The notes beneath the pieces are model-generated. The model searched no databases. It saw only the letters and a program-made list of their open reading frames with translations, and was not told the DNA's origin. The translations under genes were made by a program, and so were the position numbers. Below, one piece after another: positions 8,681-17,927 of a stretch of DNA of 64,000 nucleotides (position 1 is the stretch's first letter; each line of letters begins with the position of its first letter). The DNA is from a virus (lineage: Duplodnaviria; Caudoviricetes), in IMG/VR virus record IMGVR_UViG_3300029288_000131, positions 25,175-89,174 of that record; one strand, written 5' to 3'.

Positions 8681-10234
8681 TTGACATTCATTCGAGGGCT
8701 GGTGATACCGTCAGCTTCCGGTCCTCGTCTGTTCGATGATTGCATGGTCTCGTTTCAGCGGGAGTGTTTTGAGGCTCTAGCTGGATCTTTGGAAGCCGTG
8801 CGAGATGGTAGGATGCCGCCTTGCAGACGGTTCTGGATAGAACGCACCAAGAAGGCGAGTAAGGACCTTGATCTTGGGGCTTCTCTGCTATGGCTGATGT
8901 CCTTTCCGACTCGGCCTATGGTCATTCAAGTGTCGGCTGCTAATCAAGAACAAGCGGCCATTCTCAAGACCAGAATCGATGCTATCCTCTACTACAACGA
9001 ATGGCTGAAGGATTTCGTATACTCGGTGCAAAACAGAGTGACCAGCAAGCGATCAGGATTGGAAGCGGAGCTGGTCAAATTGGTGGTTGAGCCGACGGGA
9101 AGTGCAGGGGCGAAGCAGGGAGCAACACCGGATGTGCTTGTGTTGAATGAGTTAGTTCACGTGGACAAGTGGGATGTGATGGATGCCCACATGAACAACG
9201 CGGACGGCGTACCGCAGGGTGTCGTCATCATTTCAACTAATGCCGGTGTCAAGGGAACGAAGGCAGAGGTGTGGCGAAACGTCGCTCTGCAAAACAAGAG
9301 CAGATGGAAGACTTTCATCTTCAAGGGAACGGCACCGTGGATCAGCGAGGAGGATAAGCAAGATGCAAAGAAGCGAGATCCATTGGGCAAGGAGTACGGG
9401 AGGCTTTGGTTGGGAGATTGGGCCAGCGGGAAGGGAGGTGCCGTAGACGAGGCCTCTTTGAACGAGTGCTTCCGGTTGGATGGACCTCTCATGGAACCTG
9501 AACCTGGATGGTTCTACGTCGCCGGTCTCGACTTGGGAATCAGTCACGACCATTCGGGAGTTGCCATAGTCGGTGCGAACAGAAGTGAACAACGAGTACG
9601 AGTGGCATATGTCAAAGGATGGGCTCCCAGCATACCGAACGACAGGGGAGTGTTCGAAGTAGATTGTGAAGCGGTGGAAGAAGCATGTTTCAGGCTGGGA
9701 AAGCAATTCAAGATTTGTTGGTTTGGATACGACCCAGCAGCGGGCGGAAGTTTCATGGCACAGAATCTCCGTCGCAGAGGACTGCCAATGAAGGAGATGA
9801 CGTTTGCATCTCCTGCAAACTTGTCAAAGATGGCACGGTCTTTCGTTACGATGGTGAAGGCAGGCAAATTGGAATGCTACGAGGATGCAGAGGGACGACT
9901 CAGGAGAGACTTCGGCAAGTTTGACATTCAGTATACGGTGGCGAGAGGTTACAGATTAGTTGCCGTTAGTGACGAATATGGACACGCTGACGTTGGGACT
10001 GCTTTGGTCATTTGTTTGCCGATGTGCGTTGAGTTGCTCAAAGGAGGCATAGGCATGATGTCTCCAGGAGATCAATTGGTCTATGATAACGAACCTTTGT
10101 CAAAAGAGGAAGTGGAGGAGATGCCGGATTACCTCCGTGAGCTCTACGAAATGGAGGAGGGGGAAGTCGAAGAGCAGGAGAGGCTTCGCAAGTGGGTTGA
10201 AAGGACGAAGAGAAGAGAAGAGTCCTCTTTCTAA
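8681..10234 (+). CDS. terL: terminase large subunit
   Basis: ATPase half (WIERTKKASKD, VLVLNE, IIISTNAG) plus RNase H-like nuclease (AGLDLGISHD, GYDP, GHADVGTA); true start probably upstream of TTG 8681. Confidence 0.85.
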   Translation: MTFIRGLVIPSASGPRLFDDCMVSFQRECFEALAGSLEAVRDGRMPPCRRFWIERTKKASKDLDLGASLLWLMSFPTRPMVIQVSAANQEQAAILKTRIDAILYYNEWLKDFVYSVQNRVTSKRSGLEAELVKLVVEPTGSAGAKQGATPDVLVLNELVHVDKWDVMDAHMNNADGVPQGVVIISTNAGVKGTKAEVWRNVALQNKSRWKTFIFKGTAPWISEEDKQDAKKRDPLGKEYGRLWLGDWASGKGGAVDEASLNECFRLDGPLMEPEPGWFYVAGLDLGISHDHSGVAIVGANRSEQRVRVAYVKGWAPSIPNDRGVFEVDCEAVEEACFRLGKQFKICWFGYDPAAGGSFMAQNLRRRGLPMKEMTFASPANLSKMARSFVTMVKAGKLECYEDAEGRLRRDFGKFDIQYTVARGYRLVAVSDEYGHADVGTALVICLPMCVELLKGGIGMMSPGDQLVYDNEPLSKEEVEEMPDYLRELYEMEEGEVEEQERLRKWVERTKRREESSF

Positions 10235-10244
10235 GGAAGGTCCA

Positions 10245-10529
10245 ATGATCAATTGGAAGTTGACAAGGGAGATGGTAGGGGCCATAGAGGGTCCCTGCAG
10301 ACAATGCCACGAAATGCCAATGCAGATGTTAGATGGTCTTCGGAGGTGTTTGGACGTGGGGTTGTCCGGAGAGCAGATAGTAGCGTTTTTGCAGCTCTTT
10401 GCTGGATTGCACGAAGCGATGGACGAGTTTACACCGGAAGAATTGATGGAGAGAACAACGTATATGTGCCGAGTGATTCAAGGCACTATAGAAATCAAGA
10501 AGGGCAGACAGCCCGATAATCCCGAGTAA
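10245..10529 (+). CDS. hypothetical protein
   Basis: AAGGAAGG RBS; CRQCH. Confidence 0.55.
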   Translation: MINWKLTREMVGAIEGPCRQCHEMPMQMLDGLRRCLDVGLSGEQIVAFLQLFAGLHEAMDEFTPEELMERTTYMCRVIQGTIEIKKGRQPDNPE

Positions 10530-10567
10530 TCCATTTGGAGCTACGGGGTTTTTTCGTTATAATGGGG
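10529..10567 (+). promoter_or_regulatory. conserved sigma70-type promoter, copy 1
   Basis: TTGGAG-N17-TATAAT; 39-bp near-identity with 29212-29250. Confidence 0.7.
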
Positions 10568-10624
10568 CCGTCTAATTGGGTCCCATTTTCTGTTTAGGTG
10601 TTCCCTTTTCTAGGAGGACATGCG

Positions 10625-10969
10625 ATGAATTGGTTCGAGCTGATCGGTCTTGCTTTTGCTCTCTTGAAGGAGGGCTACCCCCTGCCCGACTGGCGGGACG
10701 AAGCGGCGGTGAAGGCGTGGCTTGCCAAGACGCAAGACCCGCAAGCGAAGTTGATCGTCTGGGTCGCTCTGACCCTCGACCGTAGGGTGGTCGAGTCGTT
10801 GCCAGATGATGAGAAGGAACTCGAAGCATTGGTTGCTGCGAAGGTGGACGAATACATGAAGCAGCACCTGACCGATGATGACACCGAGATCGATCCGGCA
10901 ACGATCATCACCATCATCATCGTGGTCGTCAAACTGATCAAGTGGTGGCGAGATCGTAGGACTGCTTGA
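10625..10969 (+). CDS. membrane protein, holin-like candidate
   Basis: AGGAGG RBS; C-terminal IITIIIVVVKLIKWWRDRR TM with basic tail. Confidence 0.55.
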   Translation: MNWFELIGLAFALLKEGYPLPDWRDEAAVKAWLAKTQDPQAKLIVWVALTLDRRVVESLPDDEKELEALVAAKVDEYMKQHLTDDDTEIDPATIITIIIVVVKLIKWWRDRRTA

Positions 10970-11640
10970 AAGGAGCAACCATCGTGAGATGCTTACGCAA
11001 CCTCATGCTGGTGTCTTTGCTGATGACCCTGACGGTGCCTGCTGTCGCTCAGGCACCGTCAACGGGCTTTTCGCAAGTCAAGCCAGCACTCAATCTTACG
11101 GTCATTGATGGCCATCCATCTCTGACCCTGGAGAACGCACTGCCTTGGCAACAGGCCGCCGTGATGCCGGACGGCCAAGGCAAGTGGGTCGTCATTTGGG
11201 CCGGTTCGGATGGAGAGAACGGTGGACTGTGGAAGTATACAGTCACCATCGATTCGCCACATCCCGGTCCTGGTCCTGGTCCCGACCCGGAGCCAATTCC
11301 TACGCCGAACCCTTGGACGCCTGACGAGCAGTGGAAGCCGATAGTGGCTCCTGTCAAGACGTTTCCGATGGTAAGGCAAGATGCCACCGCCGTTGCCAAT
11401 CTTTACGGCACAGCAGCAAAAAACGTGACAGCGGGGTCGATCAAGACCACTCTGGAACTGCGTGCGTACCTTGTCGAACACGGCGTCAAGCTCGGTTTGC
11501 AAGGCAAGTACGCAGGTTTAGGAGACGCTGTCACCAAGTCGTTGGAAACCTCCCTCGGAATGGAAGTGCGACCTTTGCCAGCCCACGCGGCAGCATTTCT
11601 GGACACTCTAGCGTGGGCTGTATGGGAGAATGGACGATGA
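10966..11640 (+). CDS. secreted protein with Pro/Gly linker
   Basis: Signal peptide ending AVA-QA; PGPGPGPDPEPIPTP linker. Confidence 0.7.
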   Translation: MKGATIVRCLRNLMLVSLLMTLTVPAVAQAPSTGFSQVKPALNLTVIDGHPSLTLENALPWQQAAVMPDGQGKWVVIWAGSDGENGGLWKYTVTIDSPHPGPGPGPDPEPIPTPNPWTPDEQWKPIVAPVKTFPMVRQDATAVANLYGTAAKNVTAGSIKTTLELRAYLVEHGVKLGLQGKYAGLGDAVTKSLETSLGMEVRPLPAHAAAFLDTLAWAVWENGR

Positions 11641-12719
11641 TTTCACTCGAACATCTTGTTCCACCGTACAACCGTCTCGACCTGCTTCGGGGAGGAAAGC
11701 CTACCCCCACGGAGCTTGCCGATGCTTATTCGGCTGGCTTTCAAGGGGTGTTTCTCGACCGGGATGGGATGCCTGAGTGGGCGAGGACGTGTGCCAAGTT
11801 GGATTGGCAACACCTTGGGGAAGCTCTTGGCTCCATCCCAGTGATTGAAGCAGGCTTCCCGAGGGAATTGGTCGGGCAAGGCAAGGGAAAGCGGGTGCTG
11901 AATCATTCTTACGTGATGAAGCATATTCCCAATGCCTTCAGTGGAAATCAAGCCTATGGGAACTGTCGAGCATGGTCGGCCAAGTTCAGCACGTTGACAC
12001 TGCTGGGCATGGCCATCCAGTTGGGACAGGTTCACAGGGTTGATTACCGGCATGGAACGGCACTCGTCTACGGCTCACGTGGCTCGTCCAGCCAAGGCAT
12101 GACGATGAGCCGTGGAATCGAGGTGCTGACGAAGGTCGGACAGTCCGAGGAAAAGGACTACGAGTTCGTCGATCTTTCGACCCAGCAAAAGGACGAGGAT
12201 GCCGGGAACAAGTGGGGACGAAGTGGACCTCCCCAAGAGTTGAAGGATGCTGTTGCTGGGGACGTCGTACTCAAGGCATGGAACCTCGGGGAGTCCCCCA
12301 CCGTTGACACGGTGCGAGACGTGCTGTGGGCTGAGGGGGTGATCGACCACGGCTCCACCTACACCGCTGCCGAGTCCAGCAATGGATTGATCAGCAGCCT
12401 CCGCTCCATCGGTGGTCACGCCCAGCAGGCACCCAGCTACGACGACACGGACGAGATGCGTGAATGGGTGTTGAAGGAATGCAAGGTCGATCTCAAGGGT
12501 GACATGCTCGTTCTCAACAATCAGTCATGGGGCAACTGGCTGTCGCTGCCCAAGTGGCCTGAGCATCTGTGGGGTCCACGTCCTGAGGGAATGTGGGTCG
12601 TTACAGGAAAGGACTTCTTGAAGATACTCGGAAGGTGGGGCGACGGATGGGCTCTCACCGGCATCGACGGATTTGTTCCTCGTCGTCTCCCTGACTGGGG
12701 ATCGGAGTTGTATCTGTGA
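11637..12719 (+). CDS. papain-like (C1-type) cysteine protease
   Basis: NQAYGNCRAWS (Gln, Cys), GGHAQ (His), NNQSWG (Asn). Confidence 0.75.
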   Translation: MISLEHLVPPYNRLDLLRGGKPTPTELADAYSAGFQGVFLDRDGMPEWARTCAKLDWQHLGEALGSIPVIEAGFPRELVGQGKGKRVLNHSYVMKHIPNAFSGNQAYGNCRAWSAKFSTLTLLGMAIQLGQVHRVDYRHGTALVYGSRGSSSQGMTMSRGIEVLTKVGQSEEKDYEFVDLSTQQKDEDAGNKWGRSGPPQELKDAVAGDVVLKAWNLGESPTVDTVRDVLWAEGVIDHGSTYTAAESSNGLISSLRSIGGHAQQAPSYDDTDEMREWVLKECKVDLKGDMLVLNNQSWGNWLSLPKWPEHLWGPRPEGMWVVTGKDFLKILGRWGDGWALTGIDGFVPRRLPDWGSELYL

Positions 12720-12907
12720 GTAAAGAACAAGAAGAAAACGTCGTCGAGTTCGGTCGGCTCCGATTCTTGATCGACGAGCTTCTACGTGGCCTCTCTGCGG
12801 CGAAGCGGCAGGGGTTTATCGAGATAGAAAACTCGATGGACCTTCCGCCGCCCTTGGGGCCGTTGAAAATCGTATCGAAGATCATGCTTCCAAAGGGATG
12901 GACATGA
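12716..12907 (+). CDS. hypothetical protein
   Basis: GTGA coupling, 63 aa. Confidence 0.45.
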   Translation: MSKEQEENVVEFGRLRFLIDELLRGLSAAKRQGFIEIENSMDLPPPLGPLKIVSKIMLPKGWT

Positions 12908-13215
12908 TTCATCTTCTACTCGCCGCCGTCCTGCTGCAACCGCCGCCGGTGTCCATTGACGTTTGGGGCGCGCCGTGGTGTCCCGCCTGTCGCCAGCAGG
13001 CTCCTGTCGTTCAGCGACTTCAGCAGGCGGGGCACCCGCTGCGGGCCATCAATTTCGACGACAACCGCGAAGAGGCAGCCAAGCGCAACGTCACGCGGAT
13101 TCCGACCAGCATCCTCTACGTGTATGGCGTCGAACAGCGCCGAGCCATCGGCGTGCAATCCGAGGCCACGTTTCGGGCGTGGCTGCAATCAGTCAGAGAA
13201 AGGCAACCGGAATGA
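12904..13215 (+). CDS. thioredoxin-fold protein with signal peptide
   Basis: WCPAC active site, cis-Pro motif RIPT, hydrophobic N-terminus. Confidence 0.85.
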   Translation: MIHLLLAAVLLQPPPVSIDVWGAPWCPACRQQAPVVQRLQQAGHPLRAINFDDNREEAAKRNVTRIPTSILYVYGVEQRRAIGVQSEATFRAWLQSVRERQPE

Positions 13216-13634
13216 TTCGCATCTTTGGAATGACAGTTCTTGCAGCGGCCAGCTCCGCCATGTTTATATGCGCTCCATTGTTTTCTCAAGTCGATGTTCC
13301 AAATGGATCTGGCGTTGTGATGGCTCAACGCCAATCAAGCGAACTGGAAAACCTTGCAAGGGATTTGGCATCCATACTTGGTCCGATAGGAATACTTGGG
13401 TGGTATTGCTTCTATGTTACGAGTCGAGTGCTGCCTGGGAAGGATGCTCAGTTGGTGGAAGAGCGGAAGCAGTTTGCCGCTGAATTGAAATCGGATAGAG
13501 AAGCGAAAGACAAGGAGATGCAGGATCTTTACGTTCAATTGAAGCAAGAGAGGGAATCACACGCTGCTATTGTCGAGAGACAAATGCAGTCGATACTTGA
13601 GATGGTCAGGAAGTGTGATAGGACAGGAGGTTGA
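13212..13634 (+). CDS. membrane protein with C-terminal coiled coil (holin/spanin-like candidate)
   Basis: Signal-like N-terminus, TM ILGPIGILGWYCFYV, coiled-coil tail. Confidence 0.55.
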   Translation: MIRIFGMTVLAAASSAMFICAPLFSQVDVPNGSGVVMAQRQSSELENLARDLASILGPIGILGWYCFYVTSRVLPGKDAQLVEERKQFAAELKSDREAKDKEMQDLYVQLKQERESHAAIVERQMQSILEMVRKCDRTGG

Positions 13635-13637
13635 TGG

Positions 13638-15611
13638 ATGGCTGAGTATCACGTGTCTCCAAGCGGCAACGACAGTAATCCTGGAACGCTGGACGCTCCT
13701 TGGGCTACGTTTGCCAAGGCCGATGGGGCCGTCGCTGCTGGGGATACGGTTTTCTTTCATACGGGAGAGTATTACGTCCACGAGGACGGTTATGCTCCGT
13801 TGACAGCATCGTCAGCCGATCCTGCGAATCCGATCACGTTGCGGAACTATCCTGGTGAGACACCTGTTCTGCACGGCGGCCTGCACGCTCAGTGGACGGC
13901 AGGCGAAGAATCGGGAGTAGTATACTACTCGGCACCGATTCCAGTACCAATGCAGACCACGCCTTGGTGGCACGCAGTTATTCGGAAGGATGGTTGGTGT
14001 GCTACCCCTATCTACCGGACGCTCAAAGTAGAACTGAGTCTTGATGCCGACCCGACGTTCGGTAAGTCAAGTGGACTCAATCTTGCCATTGCTGGTACAT
14101 ATGAAGCAACAGTATGGGATGGTAGTGGTAGTCAGTTCATACGTCGATACAATACGACATGCACGACGGGATCATGGCTGCAGCGGGATGTGGGATCTGG
14201 TACATGGAGACTTTACGTTCGGGGGGCAGATGGTTTGCAACGTGTCGATGGCTGGTGGGAAAAGGCAGGTACAGGAGACGATCCACCGGAAGGTGTTTAT
14301 ACGGCAGTTGGCGTTTTCGCGGGCACGGTGACGATCAGCAACGTCGAGTCGGTGGACGACCTGCCGGGCGACTTCCTGTCGCCGCCGACGAATGCTGCCC
14401 AAGGCACCGCTGGATACTTCTGGGATGATTCTGGTACGCGACTGCTGTTCGACTTGAGTTACGCGAACCTGAAAACGAACACGATCTATTTGCGTCCTGC
14501 TGACATTGCTCCAGCACTTTCTCCACCTGTCGGAGCAAATTACGACCAGCTTTTCATTTCATCATTGCACGTCTTCTATACGGCTGGTAGTAGCAACTTG
14601 ATTTTGAACGGCCTGACGCTCAAGCATGGGCTGGCGGGCGTTCGATTAGCAGGCAGCAACCTTTCACTACAAAATCTGCGGATCATCAGCAGTGGATGGC
14701 AGAACGGAATTGGTGGGGGCAATCTCGTAGACGTGACGATTAGCGGCTGCTACATCGACCGTGGTAATGGCTGGCTTCGGCGAGAGATGGGTGGAGGCTA
14801 CGGAGATCGTTACTGGCAGGCAGGGCACTACCACGGTATCTACGTCTACGGTGAAAACATCACGGAGATTGGGAACTTCGTCTCTCGTTTCATCGGAAGT
14901 CTTGGCATCACAGCACCATATAGTAGAGGTGTGACCACGATTGATGACAACATAATCGTAGCTTGCCAGCGGCCTATCCAACATCGTGACATAGTGGGTG
15001 CTGTTTCGGCAACAATTGAAGACAACATTGCCATTGCTTGTCTCGCCTATCGTTATAGTGCGGCCTATGAGCAGAGTCGAAACAAGCCGATAACTTACGC
15101 ATGTGATCTTGGTGGACATGCTTCCAGCGCTCTTGTAGTTCGTAACAACTATCTGGAGACTCACGCTTCTCCGTCGTTGCCTGCTTTGCGAGTGGACGCG
15201 AGAACCGCTTATCTTTCAGCATCATTCAGCGGCAACACTTTGCGGGACGTGTTGGGATATGGTCGGTTGCTCTGGATACAATCGCCTGGGAATATCACAT
15301 CGTTTGTTGCAACCCAGTGGTTTGCAGATGCTATTCACGGTTCTTGGCATTGGTTGATAGATACTGATTACTATACAGCTTATGGAGACTTCCAGACAGC
15401 ATGGACGGCTCTCGGCTTTGGTGCTGGTGACGTATTGAAAAGCTCGTCCTTTATTTTCCCAGCGGTCGAGTTTTCATCGTTCTTGGACGCTGATCCGACA
15501 ATCGAAGAGGCCAGAGCATACGTTATATCCTACACCCGCAGGGTGAAAGGCGAGTTGTCCTTGATTCCAAGCAATTGTAGACGCTCCCTAATTATTGGGG
15601 CAGGAGTGTAG
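13638..15611 (+). CDS. right-handed beta-helix (pectate-lyase-like) protein
   Basis: N-terminus YHVSPSGNDSNPGTLDAPWATFAKA...GDTVFFHTGEY; repeated beta-helix turns. Confidence 0.75.
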   Translation: MAEYHVSPSGNDSNPGTLDAPWATFAKADGAVAAGDTVFFHTGEYYVHEDGYAPLTASSADPANPITLRNYPGETPVLHGGLHAQWTAGEESGVVYYSAPIPVPMQTTPWWHAVIRKDGWCATPIYRTLKVELSLDADPTFGKSSGLNLAIAGTYEATVWDGSGSQFIRRYNTTCTTGSWLQRDVGSGTWRLYVRGADGLQRVDGWWEKAGTGDDPPEGVYTAVGVFAGTVTISNVESVDDLPGDFLSPPTNAAQGTAGYFWDDSGTRLLFDLSYANLKTNTIYLRPADIAPALSPPVGANYDQLFISSLHVFYTAGSSNLILNGLTLKHGLAGVRLAGSNLSLQNLRIISSGWQNGIGGGNLVDVTISGCYIDRGNGWLRREMGGGYGDRYWQAGHYHGIYVYGENITEIGNFVSRFIGSLGITAPYSRGVTTIDDNIIVACQRPIQHRDIVGAVSATIEDNIAIACLAYRYSAAYEQSRNKPITYACDLGGHASSALVVRNNYLETHASPSLPALRVDARTAYLSASFSGNTLRDVLGYGRLLWIQSPGNITSFVATQWFADAIHGSWHWLIDTDYYTAYGDFQTAWTALGFGAGDVLKSSSFIFPAVEFSSFLDADPTIEEARAYVISYTRRVKGELSLIPSNCRRSLIIGAGV

Positions 15612-15615
15612 CACA

Positions 15616-16020
15616 ATGTATCTACGCAATTCAACGAGCCCCGAACGGTTAGCTATTGGTCCCGTCGTGCTGATAGCAGATGGTACGGTGCAAACAGCAG
15701 GTGTGTCTGTTACGGTTCTGCCGCAAGGAGGTGTAGCAGCTCCAGGCGCTGGTGTAATAGAATACCAGAACGGAATTGTTCACTACACACCGACGCAGGC
15801 CGAGACCAATTACACCTCGTTCACGTTGACGGCCTACAAAGCGAATTGCTGGCCGGTGTCGGTGTCTGTCGTGACGAGTGTGACTGTTCTTGGTGATGTG
15901 CAATCTGCTGTAGCTGCTTTGCAAACGGCTATAACTGCTTTGCAGTCTGCTGTAAATGCATTGGAAGCAAACAAGAACATCGTGTCGAAGGATTTCATTG
16001 TCCGAAGCAATCAGGGGTAG
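15616..16020 (+). CDS. small structural protein with YTPTQAETN module
   Basis: Similar to the N-terminus of 18831-20201; C-terminal coiled coil. Confidence 0.6.
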   Translation: MYLRNSTSPERLAIGPVVLIADGTVQTAGVSVTVLPQGGVAAPGAGVIEYQNGIVHYTPTQAETNYTSFTLTAYKANCWPVSVSVVTSVTVLGDVQSAVAALQTAITALQSAVNALEANKNIVSKDFIVRSNQG

Positions 16021-16067
16021 TTTTTCATTACAGCCGACCCGGCGGCGAGTAACACGAAAGGAACGAC

Positions 16068-16376
16068 ATGGCGACGAACGAACAAATCCAGCGATGGGCG
16101 AACGAACGGACGCGGGTTCGCGCCGAGCAAATCCGCGGGCTGCTGCTTGCACTGGAGGATGACGTGGCGGCGATTGATAGCGTTTACGCCGCGTTGAACG
16201 ACGAGGGCAACGACTGGTCGGACGGCCGCACTGACGGCCCGCCGAACCTGCTGACCAAGGGCGACCTGCTCGGCATCCATGCGTTCATCGCGGCCACCAT
16301 CGCGGCGATGCGTGGGCACGACCAGTTGCCGGTGGTGCTCAAAGCCTGTGTCCGACCCGTGGGTCGGGAGGTGTAG
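16068..16376 (+). CDS. hypothetical protein
   Basis: GAGTAACACGAAAGGA leader shared with 7432. Confidence 0.65.
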   Translation: MATNEQIQRWANERTRVRAEQIRGLLLALEDDVAAIDSVYAALNDEGNDWSDGRTDGPPNLLTKGDLLGIHAFIAATIAAMRGHDQLPVVLKACVRPVGREV

Positions 16377-16379
16377 CCG

Positions 16380-17927
16380 ATGGCGCTTGCGGCCTGCGAC
16401 TGGGAAATCCGAACCGACGGCGACGACGCCAATGGCGGCGGCTTCGAGCGCGGCGCGCCTGCGGAGAACGATCGCTCCCAGCAGGCGGCGGCGTACTGGG
16501 CGGACAGTCTCAGTCACGGCGACGCGACCGACAAGGTGGAGCCCGCGAACCACACGGTGGATTCGGCCGACGTTGGCAATCTCGTCTGCATCCAGGCCGA
16601 AACCGACTGGACGGCGGGCTGGTACGCCATTCGGAGCATCGACACCGCAGGCGGCAACAACTATTGGGTGCTCGACCGTGCAGCGCACGCGGGTACACCT
16701 GTCAGCAGCACGATGGCGAAGATGGGCGGGGCGCTGGCGAGTATCGGCGGGTTCGGCTACATCATGGCGATGGATGCGAACCACCGCGCATCCGGCTTGA
16801 CGGATAGAACCAATGTGCATTGGCGTAGCGGCCTGTACGTGCTCGGCTCGGCCTCGTACAACGTGCCGGGCGGCGCGTACACCGAGGATGCGGACTGGTC
16901 GATCCACACGCACATTGCCGGCTATGATTCCGCGAGCGGCCGGTATCCTGCGGCCGGCTGGGATTCGGCTCAACCTATCTTTCGCGCTGGCGCATACAAT
17001 CCCGGCACAAATGGTATGCTATTTCGCAGCGGTTATGGCACCACACTATCATCGCATTGGCGCAACATCGAAGTGGATTGCAGTGATGGTGCGGGGAACA
17101 GAGTCGCCAGTACCGGAATCCGAGGGCAGGATGCGAGATACTTGCACACCGAACGATGCGTCGTCCACCACGCAAGTGCTACTGGTAATAACGGTGGATT
17201 TATGTATTTGCGTGCGACACGATGTCTCGCGCATGAGTGCGCGGGATACGGGTTTTACGCCTGCAATGCTGTCCACAGCGTTGCCCACCATAACGCCAAC
17301 GGGTTTTGCGAGGGATATACCTCTTCGGGGCAGGTTGCGTGCCTTGCCTACGCGAATACAGGTGTAGGGTTCTGGCGGGCGTATGACTACCGAGGGTGCA
17401 TCAGTTACGGGAACGGGGGAGCCGGCTTCTCCCAAGTGCCAGACAGGCAGGGCGTGTACGCGCATTGCGTATCGGCGGCGAACAACTACGGTTTCGTGCA
17501 GGCAGACGCGAGAAGCGCATATCACTCATGCTGGGCGTATGGCAACACGTCTGGCGTGCGTAGCGTGACGGCCGTTCCGCTAATCGACGAAATCGAATCC
17601 CTCACGGCCAACCCATTCCTCTGCCCCGTCAGTGCAACCTCGGTGTCTTACACCGCCGCGACGAAAACACTCACCAAGGCCGGCGCGTTCTCCGGCATCG
17701 ACAACACGCACCCGACCGGCTACCGCATCCGAATCACCGGCGGCACGAACATGACGCCGGGCACGTACTGGGTGGCGAGCAAGGTGAGCGATGATGCGGT
17801 TGTGCTTGCCACGGACGCGGGAACCGATGATTCGGTCGATGCTGAGAGTGACTACGATTTCAACCTCAACAACGTCGAGGGCGGCGGCAAGACACTCCGC
17901 GAGGCGGGATTCGAGCTTGAGATATGA
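16380..17927 (+). CDS. virion-associated beta-helix-like protein
   Basis: Periodic C..h.N...GF repeats in the central part; G/T-rich beta-sandwich-like ends. Confidence 0.6.
   Translation: MALAACDWEIRTDGDDANGGGFERGAPAENDRSQQAAAYWADSLSHGDATDKVEPANHTVDSADVGNLVCIQAETDWTAGWYAIRSIDTAGGNNYWVLDRAAHAGTPVSSTMAKMGGALASIGGFGYIMAMDANHRASGLTDRTNVHWRSGLYVLGSASYNVPGGAYTEDADWSIHTHIAGYDSASGRYPAAGWDSAQPIFRAGAYNPGTNGMLFRSGYGTTLSSHWRNIEVDCSDGAGNRVASTGIRGQDARYLHTERCVVHHASATGNNGGFMYLRATRCLAHECAGYGFYACNAVHSVAHHNANGFCEGYTSSGQVACLAYANTGVGFWRAYDYRGCISYGNGGAGFSQVPDRQGVYAHCVSAANNYGFVQADARSAYHSCWAYGNTSGVRSVTAVPLIDEIESLTANPFLCPVSATSVSYTAATKTLTKAGAFSGIDNTHPTGYRIRITGGTNMTPGTYWVASKVSDDAVVLATDAGTDDSVDAESDYDFNLNNVEGGGKTLREAGFELEI

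Noticed and set aside
10574-10587. AATTGGGTCCCATT, similar to AATTGGTCCCCATT at 54027
   Set aside because: Only two imperfect 14-bp copies; could be chance
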